Shown here in pieces: positions 39,710 through 48,402 of a DNA stretch of 64,000 bases. The stretch's first letter is position 1; each line of letters starts with the position of its first letter. Source of the DNA: a virus (lineage: Duplodnaviria > Caudoviricetes); the IMG/VR virus record IMGVR_UViG_3300005656_000005, positions 13,239 to 77,238 of that record, one strand, 5' to 3'. The notes under the pieces are model-generated. The model worked only from the letters and a program-made list of their open reading frames with translations, was not told the DNA's origin and ran no database searches. Made by a program: the position numbers and the translations under genes.

Positions 39710-40876
39710 TTATCGCCCCGGATTAAATCTTTGTGGTTGCCCTGCTTTTACAATCTTTCCCGTACCCTTTGCTTTCTCGGCCTGTGAACTACCGCCCACA
39801 CCAATAGACTTAGGGTCAACAAATGGAAACACCTTTTTAAATTCTTCAACCTGGCGTGTACCTCCTTCAAGGTATGCGGTTTTGGCTACTGAATCAAAGG
39901 CTTTTGATTTCAAAACAAGTTCGGCAATGTTCTGTAGATTTAATGAGCCGTCTGTTGCGTTAAATAATAATTCCTTCCTTTTAGCAATGTCCTTTAGGAT
40001 GTCTTTTGCTTCGGCAACTACTGTTTCAGGGAACTCGTATGCAACCGGGGCTATTTCGGTGTCGTCCACCTTCCCCAATTCCAAGTTGATTTTACGTTCC
40101 AGTTTATTGAAGTGTTCCTCAACATTAGAGGTAAATTCACTTTCTTTCTTGGTGTAAAACTCCTTCGCTGTAAGTGCTTTTTTAAGATTATCTAAGGTGT
40201 CTTTTGCTTCTTCTTGTTTTTCTGCACCTATGGCTTCAAATTTCTTTTTGCCATAGTCAAACTTTTTCTGTGCCAATTCCTTTTCCGTTTCATCTTCAAT
40301 TGCATCAATCTCGGCTTGCTCCAGTTGATAATACCTTTCTTTCTGGATGGCTTTTATTTGTTCCGGGTCTGTTATACCGGCTTCTTTCAATTGTTGTGTG
40401 AGTGCTGCTACTGACAGTTCTGTAAGGTCTGATTCTGCAACTTGCTTTAACAGGGAAAATTGGGCAATGCTGCCACCGTTTTCAACATAGAGGTCAAGCA
40501 TCCTTTTTTCAACTTCCTGTTGCTGCTTTACTTTTTGTTCATCGGTAAGTTCTGTTTTCTGTGGAAACCGTTTTTCGTATTCAGCCTTAATTTCATCATC
40601 GGTTAAAGGCTTTGTGGTGTCGGCAATTTGATTTCCTGTGGTGGCTGCTGCCTGTGTGCCTGTATCTGCTGCGGCAGCTTGTGTATTGGTGTCTGTGGCT
40701 TGTGCTGCTGTACCTGTATCGGCTGCTGCTGCTGGCTGCTGTTGGTTTGCTGCCCCTTCTAAATTCGGTAAAGGATTGGCTTTAAAACTTGATACGGTTC
40801 CTGCTGAAACTATCTTTCCAGTTCCTTTATTTTCTGCATTTTCTGCTGTGGCTGCTGCCTGATTTTCACCTTCCAT
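39710..40876 (-). CDS. Capsid scaffolding protein
   Basis: 388 aa acidic coiled coil with low-complexity AAADTGT repeats, directly upstream of the capsid gene. Confidence 0.65.
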   Translation of the reverse strand: MEGENQAAATAENAENKGTGKIVSAGTVSSFKANPLPNLEGAANQQQPAAAADTGTAAQATDTNTQAAAADTGTQAAATTGNQIADTTKPLTDDEIKAEYEKRFPQKTELTDEQKVKQQQEVEKRMLDLYVENGGSIAQFSLLKQVAESDLTELSVAALTQQLKEAGITDPEQIKAIQKERYYQLEQAEIDAIEDETEKELAQKKFDYGKKKFEAIGAEKQEEAKDTLDNLKKALTAKEFYTKKESEFTSNVEEHFNKLERKINLELGKVDDTEIAPVAYEFPETVVAEAKDILKDIAKRKELLFNATDGSLNLQNIAELVLKSKAFDSVAKTAYLEGGTRQVEEFKKVFPFVDPKSIGVGGSSQAEKAKGTGKIVKAGQPQRFNPGR

Positions 40877-40976
40877 AAAATTAATTATTTCGTTATCGGT
40901 TAAATTTCCATATAAAATTATATATAAAATAGCCTAAAACTTTGTAGTGTAATATTTTTTAGGTATTTTTACTACC

Positions 40977-41159
40977 ATGACAGATTGCGAATTACTCCAA
41001 ATGTTAGCAGACGGTTATACCGTAAAAGAAATCTTCAATGAAAAAGGTATCAATAAAAGAACCTTAGAAAAGAGAATACTTATTCTAAGAAAAAGGTGTG
41101 ATGCCGATACGGTTACAGAATTAGTAGTTAAATATTTCAGATTAAAATTAATAGAATAA
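40977..41159 (+). CDS. Solo LuxR/GerE-type helix-turn-helix regulator
   Basis: LLQMLADGYTVKEI....GINKRTLEKRI..LRKR....TVTELV matches the LuxR C-terminal HTH. Confidence 0.78.
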   Translation: MTDCELLQMLADGYTVKEIFNEKGINKRTLEKRILILRKRCDADTVTELVVKYFRLKLIE

Positions 41160-41185
41160 CTAACGCTAATAATAGCATTTAAAGA

Positions 41186-41527
41186 TTAATTCTGCAACTT
41201 AGTCAACCACCCTTTTTTATTCTCTTTTATTTCTTCTTTAAGGTTAGATTCTTTTTCAGGTGGTGCAAATCCCATTTCAATTAATACTTCCTCTGTCTGA
41301 ATTTCTACGTCCTGTTTTTCTGCTATCTTTTTTTTAAGATATTTCATTAATGGCAATTCCCATCTTGGAGGTAAAGGCCGTTTTGTATTTTCCTGCAACC
41401 CTCTTAATAAAACACTTCTACCTATGCCCACTTCTTTTTCAATTCTAAAAACAGGGATTCCGCTTTCAGAAACTAATTGTGAAATCAATGGAATGTTTGC
41501 AGGTTTCTTTTTTTTAGTCTTTTCCAT
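41186..41527 (-). CDS. Hypothetical protein, possible HTH
   Basis: LISQLVSESGIPVFRIEKEVGIGRSVLLR is HTH-like. Confidence 0.4.
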   Translation of the reverse strand: MEKTKKKKPANIPLISQLVSESGIPVFRIEKEVGIGRSVLLRGLQENTKRPLPPRWELPLMKYLKKKIAEKQDVEIQTEEVLIEMGFAPPEKESNLKEEIKENKKGWLTKLQN

Positions 41528-42098
41528 AAATCGGTCTGCCTATAAGATGTGAACTATAATCACAGGTCATAAAATTATTGTCGCTTTTACTTCCATCCTG
41601 GTAACAAACAAACTTGTCGCAGATCATGTATTTATGAATATTAGCGGTAAGCCCTAAATGCCTATCAAGATGAATTGATTCAGGTAAAGATAAATAGAAA
41701 TCGTAAAATGATTCATGTACTATGTAAAGGGTTAAGCTACTGAATAAACTTGTTATCCTATTATTTAAAATTGTTCCGGCATAAATCATAGCATGGTAGG
41801 TATGAAATTCATCTGGCATTTTTTCTAAAAAATAATCCCATGCAAGTTTGCCATCTGGTGATTTAAAGAACAAAATATCATCCTCCGCAATACACACCAT
41901 TTTGTACCCATTATCTTTTGCATCCTGTACGATTTGCCGGTGGGCTAAATGCACTCCACGTTTTCTATCGTGCCTATCAATTATACCCTCCCAAAATTTT
42001 ATGTAAAACCCTTGTTCTTTTGCCTGTTGCTCTGCCTGTGATTTTCTTTCCTCCCGGTGCATTAAATTAATCACATTTACTGGCAATTCTTCTGTCAT
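41514..42098 (-). CDS. Glycosyltransferase family 25
   Basis: VINLMHREER...AHRQIVQDA...VCIAEDDILF. Confidence 0.78.
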   Translation of the reverse strand: MTEELPVNVINLMHREERKSQAEQQAKEQGFYIKFWEGIIDRHDRKRGVHLAHRQIVQDAKDNGYKMVCIAEDDILFFKSPDGKLAWDYFLEKMPDEFHTYHAMIYAGTILNNRITSLFSSLTLYIVHESFYDFYLSLPESIHLDRHLGLTANIHKYMICDKFVCYQDGSKSDNNFMTCDYSSHLIGRPIYGKD

Positions 42099-42113
42099 TT
42101 TTATATGTTTTAC

Positions 42114-42229
42114 GTCACATTTTGTATTTGTGACAGCATCCTATTGTTTCCACACCTTACCACACATCAAAGTACTATGTAGTTCAAAGCTAAACTAAGT
42201 ATAAAGCACTATGTAGTTCAAAGTACTTT
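42114..42229. promoter_or_regulatory. Intergenic operator/promoter-like element: 21-bp direct repeat plus inverted repeat
   Basis: AAAG(T/C)ACTATGTAGTTCAAAG at 42169-42189 and 42203-42223; GTCACA-N9-TGTGAC at 42114-42134; TAGCTTTG (-7 box) on the minus strand at 42185-42192. Confidence 0.55.
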
Positions 42230-42494
42230 ACGATACATTGTTCTTTGGCTTTAAACTGTCTATTTTACGGTTTATTTTTTCTATTATTTCATCGTACTCA
42301 ACATCTGTAAAATCTTTTTCAAAGTACACTTGTAGTTTTGGGAATTTAATGTTATGGTTTGGGAAGCATAGCCAGTAATAATCAGGCATCATTTTATTGA
42401 ACGCTTGTATTATTTCAGAAACTCCTTTTCGTTCACCGTTTGATTCATCAAACATGAAGTCAGGATAGTAGAATAGTGCTATTGGTTTTGCCAT
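42228..42494 (-). CDS. Hypothetical protein
   Basis: 88-aa ORF, TAATG-coupled to the upstream GT25. Confidence 0.55.
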   Translation of the reverse strand: MAKPIALFYYPDFMFDESNGERKGVSEIIQAFNKMMPDYYWLCFPNHNIKFPKLQVYFEKDFTDVEYDEIIEKINRKIDSLKPKNNVS

Positions 42495-43126
42495 TATCTG
42501 TCTTGTTTTAATTTTTTAACTTCCGATTCATACCTTGTTTCCAAAAACCTACTCCAATCTGTGAACGCTTTCCCTATGTCTGAATAATCAGGTTTTTGAG
42601 TGAACAGCATTGGGTATGAAATGAACACTTTTTTATTGGGTTGAAAATCCCTTACAAGGCAATTATCTACCGGCTCATTTATTGTTTTACTACAAACAAA
42701 TTCCATTGCTTTTTTTGAATATGCAGTAGCATGGGTAGCATACATAATTCTTACTGGCAATAGATTTTCAGAATGGAATTTTTGTAACCCTGATGCACAG
42801 TTACCACCCAAATAAAATAAAGCCCAATCTTCGGGTAGCTGATCTATGCACTTATCCATTGTTTCATTAAATGTTTGTGCATCTACAAGTGGTAAAATAT
42901 CATCTTCAAAAACCAGGCATCTTTCACCACCGGCTGCAAGTACTTTTCTAAAATACCTTTGCATACTATCTACTAATCCCTGGCATGGGAAATCAGGGTT
43001 ATCGGTTGCCTTCCATAGTTGATAATTAACCCCAAATAGTTCCATAACTCCTTTTGCTGATTCTAACCTGTCAGTTCTTTTTTCAAGATTTATAAGGGCT
43101 ATATGTTTAAAGTAATCATGCCACAT
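42494..43126 (-). CDS. Glycosyltransferase family 25
   Basis: LINLEKRTDRL...CLVFEDDI...W.LFYLGG...YATHATAYS. Confidence 0.82.
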   Translation of the reverse strand: MWHDYFKHIALINLEKRTDRLESAKGVMELFGVNYQLWKATDNPDFPCQGLVDSMQRYFRKVLAAGGERCLVFEDDILPLVDAQTFNETMDKCIDQLPEDWALFYLGGNCASGLQKFHSENLLPVRIMYATHATAYSKKAMEFVCSKTINEPVDNCLVRDFQPNKKVFISYPMLFTQKPDYSDIGKAFTDWSRFLETRYESEVKKLKQDR

Positions 43127-43766
43127 TGCTTTTCTTATTTCGTTTTAGTAATTGATCTCCCCAACCCCAATGCTCATAAATAAATTCTTCTACAGGTTCA
43201 TAATCGTACTTGGAAAGATATTCTTCGATCTCTGGTTTTAAAGCACACCCTTCATAAACTTCTTTTGTATTTGTTTCTAAATATATGGCATCGAAATTAT
43301 TCAATAAGTCACCAGCACCTTTTAGAACAAATATCTCTGCCCCCTGCGTATCAATAGCAAGCAACCACCCATCTCCTATTTCTACACCAAGTTCTTTTAA
43401 TACCGTTTGCAATGTTTTTGTTTTTGTTTCAAAGTGCCTAACATAAGAAACTTCTGGGTGCGCTGTTTTATGAAAACCAAGTTGCAAGTAAGATGAACTT
43501 TGACCTTCATTGTTTGAAACATTAAATACTACATCCTTCCCATCTACTTCTCCTAAACAGGCATTAACACCTATCTGAAATGGATACGGTTTAAGGTTTT
43601 CTATAAGTTCATTATAAATTTCCTTTACCGCTTCAATCCATATTACTTTTTCAATTCCCAAATCTGCATAGGCTTGTCTTTCTTGTCCACTGCTTGAACC
43701 GCAATGAACTATGCCTTTAATATTCAGGTTATGGCGTGGCAGTAAATCTTTAAATTCTATTAGCAT
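43116..43766 (-). CDS. FkbM-family SAM methyltransferase
   Basis: GIVHCGSSSGQE...VIWIEA...SSSYL...IDTQGAEIFVLKGA...YLE. Confidence 0.82.
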   Translation of the reverse strand: MLIEFKDLLPRHNLNIKGIVHCGSSSGQERQAYADLGIEKVIWIEAVKEIYNELIENLKPYPFQIGVNACLGEVDGKDVVFNVSNNEGQSSSYLQLGFHKTAHPEVSYVRHFETKTKTLQTVLKELGVEIGDGWLLAIDTQGAEIFVLKGAGDLLNNFDAIYLETNTKEVYEGCALKPEIEEYLSKYDYEPVEEFIYEHWGWGDQLLKRNKKSNVA

Positions 43767-43767
43767 C

Positions 43768-44148
43768 TTATTTTATTTTTTTATAGATTTCAACAGTTAA
43801 GTAATCAATTAGGTAAGAATAGGCTTCATCACTTTCCTCTACTACCAATTTCATTCCTATTCTATCCATGACAAATGTTACTGCATGGAATATTTCGTGT
43901 TGTAAATTACCATAATCTTTAGGTGTGCCGGTAAATTTAACCAAACGTATTAATGTCTGATTTGTAGAAAACATTACCGTTCTCCCTTGCACCGTCTTGC
44001 TCGTTATTGTTGCCATAGATATATCATCGGCAGATAAATTGTACTTTTTAAAATGCTTATCTATTTCTTCGTTAGTTTCCCCAAAAGAAACCATTACATC
44101 AAATGGATAAATAACTAATGGTATTATAAAATTTAATTTCTTTTTCAT
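43768..44148 (-). CDS. Small HExxH protein (zincin-like)
   Basis: LQHEIFHAVTFVM...DEAYSYL. Confidence 0.6.
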   Translation of the reverse strand: MKKKLNFIIPLVIYPFDVMVSFGETNEEIDKHFKKYNLSADDISMATITSKTVQGRTVMFSTNQTLIRLVKFTGTPKDYGNLQHEIFHAVTFVMDRIGMKLVVEESDEAYSYLIDYLTVEIYKKIK

Positions 44149-44684
44149 TTTTTTATTATTAAAGCCCCGGCATCTTCCAATTTATTTTCAGGTATCAAAT
44201 GTATTTCAAGGCCATTGGCTTCTGCAAATTCTTTTACTGCTTGCTTAACCCCGTATGCAGGATTTTCATAATCGTGAAACGCCATTACTCCACCCGGAAC
44301 TAATTTACTCCAATAGGCGGGTATATCCCCACTCACGCCTTCGTATGAATGATTACAGTCAACGTATGCCAATCCCAATGTACCATCTTCAATGTAATCA
44401 GCCATTTCTACTGATAGTCCACGAAGTACTGTTACATTTTCTTTAAACGGTTCAATTCGTTTCATGGCATCGTCATAATTTTTATCATGCCAATCCTGGT
44501 GGTTGTTTCCATCTCCGGTTATTCCTAATATTTTACCCCAGTTATCAACCATGTATAATTTTTCTATGCCATTGGTTAAAAGTTCATGGGAGTTATACCC
44601 TTCTGCACATCCGATTTCTGCGGCTGTCTTTGGCAATCCTAACTGCTTTAAAAGACTTGGTAATTCTCTCCTATAAGTTATCAT
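44145..44684 (-). CDS. Class I SAM methyltransferase (Methyltransf_24-like); start moved to MITYRR
   Basis: AAEIGCAEG...AYVDCNHSYEGV..D....L.PGGVMAFHDY. Confidence 0.82.
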   Translation of the reverse strand: MITYRRELPSLLKQLGLPKTAAEIGCAEGYNSHELLTNGIEKLYMVDNWGKILGITGDGNNHQDWHDKNYDDAMKRIEPFKENVTVLRGLSVEMADYIEDGTLGLAYVDCNHSYEGVSGDIPAYWSKLVPGGVMAFHDYENPAYGVKQAVKEFAEANGLEIHLIPENKLEDAGALIIKK

Positions 44685-45324
44685 TTTCGTTTTTTTTATA
44701 CTTGTTATAGATATAATCAAAAGTCTTTCCCCTTACTAAAGCGTTTTTTATATTCATAAATTTGGTATTTAATAAAATAGCCCAATCTTGAATACATAAA
44801 TTAAGCCCATTATATTCAATATATACATTACTCCTTCTGTTTCTATTTTGATTGGGGCGTGTATCCCATTTACAATTTTCAGGGCTATATTCTTTATCAT
44901 TATCTACTCTCTCTAAAGTATGTTTTTCGCTTGGCTTATCGCCCATATCTAAAATAAAATTTTCAAAACTTGAAATCCATCTATCACATACAAATATTCC
45001 TCTCGCTCCGTAATCAGGATATTGTGGATGATTAGGTCGTCCACATCTTGCTTTCATATTACACCAAGCATTATATTCAGATGTTGTGAATGTTAATGTA
45101 TGGTTGCCATGATGCGTATGAATCAATTTTGCCATTTCTCCTATTCCACAACCGCATGATTTAGTTAATCCCCTTTTTATATTTCTTGCAAATATATCTT
45201 TAACTTTTCCACAGTCACATAGGCATTTAAACTTTACTTCTTCCCCTTTTTGAAATGGCAACAATTCTAATATAATTAATTTGCTAAATCTTTGTCCTAC
45301 AAAATTAAAATAGTCTGGTTTCAT
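44671..45324 (-). CDS. Phage HNH-family (homing) endonuclease; start moved to MKPDYF
   Basis: VGQRFSKL...CLCDCG...SCGC...EYNAWCNMKARC...DYGARGIFVCDRW...TLERVDNDKEYSPENCKW. Confidence 0.85.
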   Translation of the reverse strand: MKPDYFNFVGQRFSKLIILELLPFQKGEEVKFKCLCDCGKVKDIFARNIKRGLTKSCGCGIGEMAKLIHTHHGNHTLTFTTSEYNAWCNMKARCGRPNHPQYPDYGARGIFVCDRWISSFENFILDMGDKPSEKHTLERVDNDKEYSPENCKWDTRPNQNRNRRSNVYIEYNGLNLCIQDWAILLNTKFMNIKNALVRGKTFDYIYNKYKKNENDNL

Positions 45325-45433
45325 AAAAACAAAATCCTGCAAACAGAAGGTAAATCACAATCAGTTTTAAGTGAAGGTGCATCTGCTTACAGGAATTTAT
45401 CGTGAATAATTTCATAACTGAACTGTGATTTAC
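45305..45433 (-). promoter_or_regulatory. Structured leader of the HNH gene with two interleaved stems and a 36-codon uORF
   Basis: Stem B 45416-45433/45350-45366 (17 bp, 1 bulge); stem A 45382-45394/45335-45347 (13 bp, 2 G-U); uORF 45415-45305. Confidence 0.55.
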
Positions 45434-45446
45434 AACACTAATATAG

Positions 45447-46238
45447 TTATTTTTTTAACTCGTGCCAATTAAAATTTAAAGGGTCAAAATCATCTATCTT
45501 ATCGGTAAACCAATATATTGAATTTTCTTCGTTTCCATTAAGCCTTGCGAAGTTTGAGTATATGGTCATTCCGGTTCCAATATTTGACATATTATCAATC
45601 TGCTTTGCCGAACCGCCAACAAAAGTAAAGCAGTTTAATTCAGGCTCTATAATGATACAGGCGTGATCTATACCTATGGAACGGTGCATAACACTATCCA
45701 ACATATCCATTACCTTTTGAACCGATTCTCTTTTTATTATCCAGCAATGCGTACTGAAACAACCCAGAACTCTTATCACTCTTGGGTCGTCTGTTAATTC
45801 TGCGTCCCTTCCAATATTGCTACCATTTAGCATATACCCATTCCCATTGTGCCAATGCGGGGGATTGCAGTGGAATAAAGCACCTCCAAAAAATATATCC
45901 CAATCGTGTGTTTCAAAAAACTTTTCCATGTAATCAATGCGTTCTTTGAAGTCAGTAGCCATCACAACATCGTCCTCTAAAACGAAACAGTGCTTATTTT
46001 GTTTAATTGCTTCTACCATCATTTCCCGCATCCCCATCCAACATCCGACAGCACCAGGAGTTCGCCCAGCCATTACCTTAAACCTATGCTCGGTCATATC
46101 GTATTCTTCTGGCAACTTACCCCTTGTTCTTCCGGCAACTAAACCGACACGATATAATTCTTTTTCAATATGCTCCCTGCGGTCTAATCTTTGGTCAAGG
46201 TTTAAATAAGAAATGTAGCAATCATCAAGTAAACTCAT
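45447..46238 (-). CDS. Glycosyltransferase family 25
   Basis: YLNLDQRLDRR...GAVGC...CFVLEDDV. Confidence 0.82.
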   Translation of the reverse strand: MSLLDDCYISYLNLDQRLDRREHIEKELYRVGLVAGRTRGKLPEEYDMTEHRFKVMAGRTPGAVGCWMGMREMMVEAIKQNKHCFVLEDDVVMATDFKERIDYMEKFFETHDWDIFFGGALFHCNPPHWHNGNGYMLNGSNIGRDAELTDDPRVIRVLGCFSTHCWIIKRESVQKVMDMLDSVMHRSIGIDHACIIIEPELNCFTFVGGSAKQIDNMSNIGTGMTIYSNFARLNGNEENSIYWFTDKIDDFDPLNFNWHELKK

Positions 46239-46957
46239 TGGATATAATTTTTAAATGCTGAATAAACATTTTTAACTTCCGACTTTAATTTATCGGCTGC
46301 ATTTGGATACCTGATATTAAACCTCCCCCTCCATTCTGCATCAATTGGTTCACGTAATCTTTCAGGTAATGAAATTATGTAATCATCCGTTATGGTAGAA
46401 TAATTATGTGGGTAAAGGGTTTTTAATTTAATAAATATTTCATGAATAGAAGGCCATTCTGTAGGGTTAAGCGGTGCAGGTGGTTGTCCTAAAAATAAAC
46501 GGGCATCATCAATGATTATTATTGCATCTGCCTGATACCTTGCTATTGCATCCAGTTCTTCCATTAATGGACATTCTGAAAATTGACTTTGGTTTGGTTC
46601 GGGATCGCTGTAATGCGAATCAATAAAAAACATGGCATAGTTATAAACCGGAACATCCTTATCCGGCTGTGGTATCTTATTTTTTTCTGCAATTAAACCA
46701 TCAATTATTTTTGGTAACAGATCAACGGTGTGTCCGGTAAGCCATGTTACGTTTTCAATGGTTTCATCTATTACTGCACGATTTTCTATTAACTCAATTG
46801 TTATTACTTTTTCAAAATGCTTTGCAGCTATTCTTGTACTATCTCCACCGGCTGTACCACACTCCACTAATGTTGGTATCTCTACATAGTGTATAAGATG
46901 ATTAATCAAATACATCGGTATGCCGCCAGTATTAACCCCATTTAACTCGTATCCCAT
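46235..46957 (-). CDS. SAM-methyltransferase-like protein
   Basis: TLVECGTAGGDS...VITIEL...FFIDSH...PLMEELDAI...IIIIDDARLF. Confidence 0.68.
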   Translation of the reverse strand: MGYELNGVNTGGIPMYLINHLIHYVEIPTLVECGTAGGDSTRIAAKHFEKVITIELIENRAVIDETIENVTWLTGHTVDLLPKIIDGLIAEKNKIPQPDKDVPVYNYAMFFIDSHYSDPEPNQSQFSECPLMEELDAIARYQADAIIIIDDARLFLGQPPAPLNPTEWPSIHEIFIKLKTLYPHNYSTITDDYIISLPERLREPIDAEWRGRFNIRYPNAADKLKSEVKNVYSAFKNYIQ

Positions 46958-46968
46958 AATTTATGTTT

Positions 46969-47634
46969 TTATATTTTTACCCATTTTTTATTGCTGACTA
47001 TTGTATGTGCAATAATTGGTTCAGGAAAAAGAATTTCAATTGGTGTTGGTACATAATCTTCATGCAACAAATCATTTCTTATAAAAACAGCGTCAAGTTC
47101 AGCTACGGTATAAACTAATGTATATCCTTTCCTACTCATAATTCTGTTTAATGCTAACAGGCTTGCCCCATAATAGTCGTCCCCCGCCCACTTATGTTGA
47201 GAATCGTATTCAATAGCGTAGCTTTCATCGTTTGAGAACTTAGAATTAAATTCAGTTATTACCACCTTTGGCTTAATCTTAATAGCATTAAGTATGTACG
47301 CTTCATTCCCATCAATATCCACAGACAGCAAGTCCAATTCAAACACTTTGTACATTGAAAATATCCGGTTGATGTTATGGGCTGTTATAAACTCTTTTTC
47401 AACTATAGGAGATAAGGGTTCTGTATCCATAAGCAGCCCTCTCCACCCTTTATTTAAACGCAGATGTGCGGTGTTAGATAGTTCAACCCCATCCCTTGCT
47501 CCGAACTCCACAAATGTTCCTTTCTTAATTCCAAACTGACTAAATATTAATTCCAAAATACCGTCCTGCCCTTTTTGGGAATACACACTTCTTTCGGCTA
47601 TGCTTAATTGGTATGGGCTTAAATTAAATTTCAT
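46969..47634 (-). CDS. FkbM-like methyltransferase; start moved to MKFNLS
   Basis: VYSQKGQDGIL...FVEFGARDG..LSNT...WRGLLMD...DLLSVDIDGN. Confidence 0.8.
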   Translation of the reverse strand: MKFNLSPYQLSIAERSVYSQKGQDGILELIFSQFGIKKGTFVEFGARDGVELSNTAHLRLNKGWRGLLMDTEPLSPIVEKEFITAHNINRIFSMYKVFELDLLSVDIDGNEAYILNAIKIKPKVVITEFNSKFSNDESYAIEYDSQHKWAGDDYYGASLLALNRIMSRKGYTLVYTVAELDAVFIRNDLLHEDYVPTPIEILFPEPIIAHTIVSNKKWVKI

Positions 47635-47636
47635 TT

Positions 47637-48392
47637 TTACAGTTTTATCCATGTGTCAGGAATAATGTCTTTGGTATCAGCACCTCCCCATCCCGCTTGG
47701 AACCATAGTTCTTGTGTAATAATTACTTTATCATGGTTACGATTAATATAGGACGACCACCATGAAAAAGTACTACTGCTGTTTATATTTGAGTGGCAGC
47801 AACTAATCTCTATAAAGTCCTGCATAATATCGCTGTTGGTGCTGTACTCAAAATTATACAGATGCCCGAATTTATTTTGAAAATAATTTAGATCATCTGA
47901 AAATACTTTAAACCTTGTAATGCCTGTTTTTTCTGTTATCAATGCCATTGCTTTTGTAAGGTATGGTTCATCTACTAAGATGTGCTTACCTGCTATGGTG
48001 AGATAATCCCCAAATCTTGCCTGTATAGAACAAACATCTGGTATCAATTCCCAACGCAAATTAAAAGATTCAATCATTTCATCTTTATAGTCTTTGAAAT
48101 AAAGTTCTGATTGAAAATATCCTTGTAAGGTAATGTTATTGTTTCTCCAGGATTCATCAAAAGGGATTTCATCATAATGGAAGTTTTTTTCTTTTACTAC
48201 TATTGCCGGTATCCCTGCGTTATAGGTTGGGTCTTGAAGGTGTTTTAAATAAATTGGCGACCAGAACTCATTGCTTGTTCTTGTCGGTACGCTGAACTTT
48301 AACCCGTGTTTTTTTGCATACGCAAATGCTGCTGCACAAGTGAAAAAGAAATTACCTGCTCTACCTGCCGGGATAAAAGATACATGGCTCAT
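47637..48392 (-). CDS. Glycosyltransferase family 11 (alpha-1,2-fucosyltransferase-like)
   Basis: GRAGNFFF...LQGYFQSELYF...SIQARFGDY...VFSDD...D...ISCCHSNINSSSTFSWW. Confidence 0.85.
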   Translation of the reverse strand: MSHVSFIPAGRAGNFFFTCAAAFAYAKKHGLKFSVPTRTSNEFWSPIYLKHLQDPTYNAGIPAIVVKEKNFHYDEIPFDESWRNNNITLQGYFQSELYFKDYKDEMIESFNLRWELIPDVCSIQARFGDYLTIAGKHILVDEPYLTKAMALITEKTGITRFKVFSDDLNYFQNKFGHLYNFEYSTNSDIMQDFIEISCCHSNINSSSTFSWWSSYINRNHDKVIITQELWFQAGWGGADTKDIIPDTWIKL

Positions 48393-48402
48393 AGTTATTC
48401 GT

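Noticed and set aside
42169-42223. Mini CRISPR array
   Set aside because: Only two 21-bp copies with a 13-bp gap and no cas genes; fits an operator better
44671-45450. Target-site duplication (ATAACT) around the HNH insertion
   Set aside because: Only 6 bp in AT-rich DNA; expected by chance
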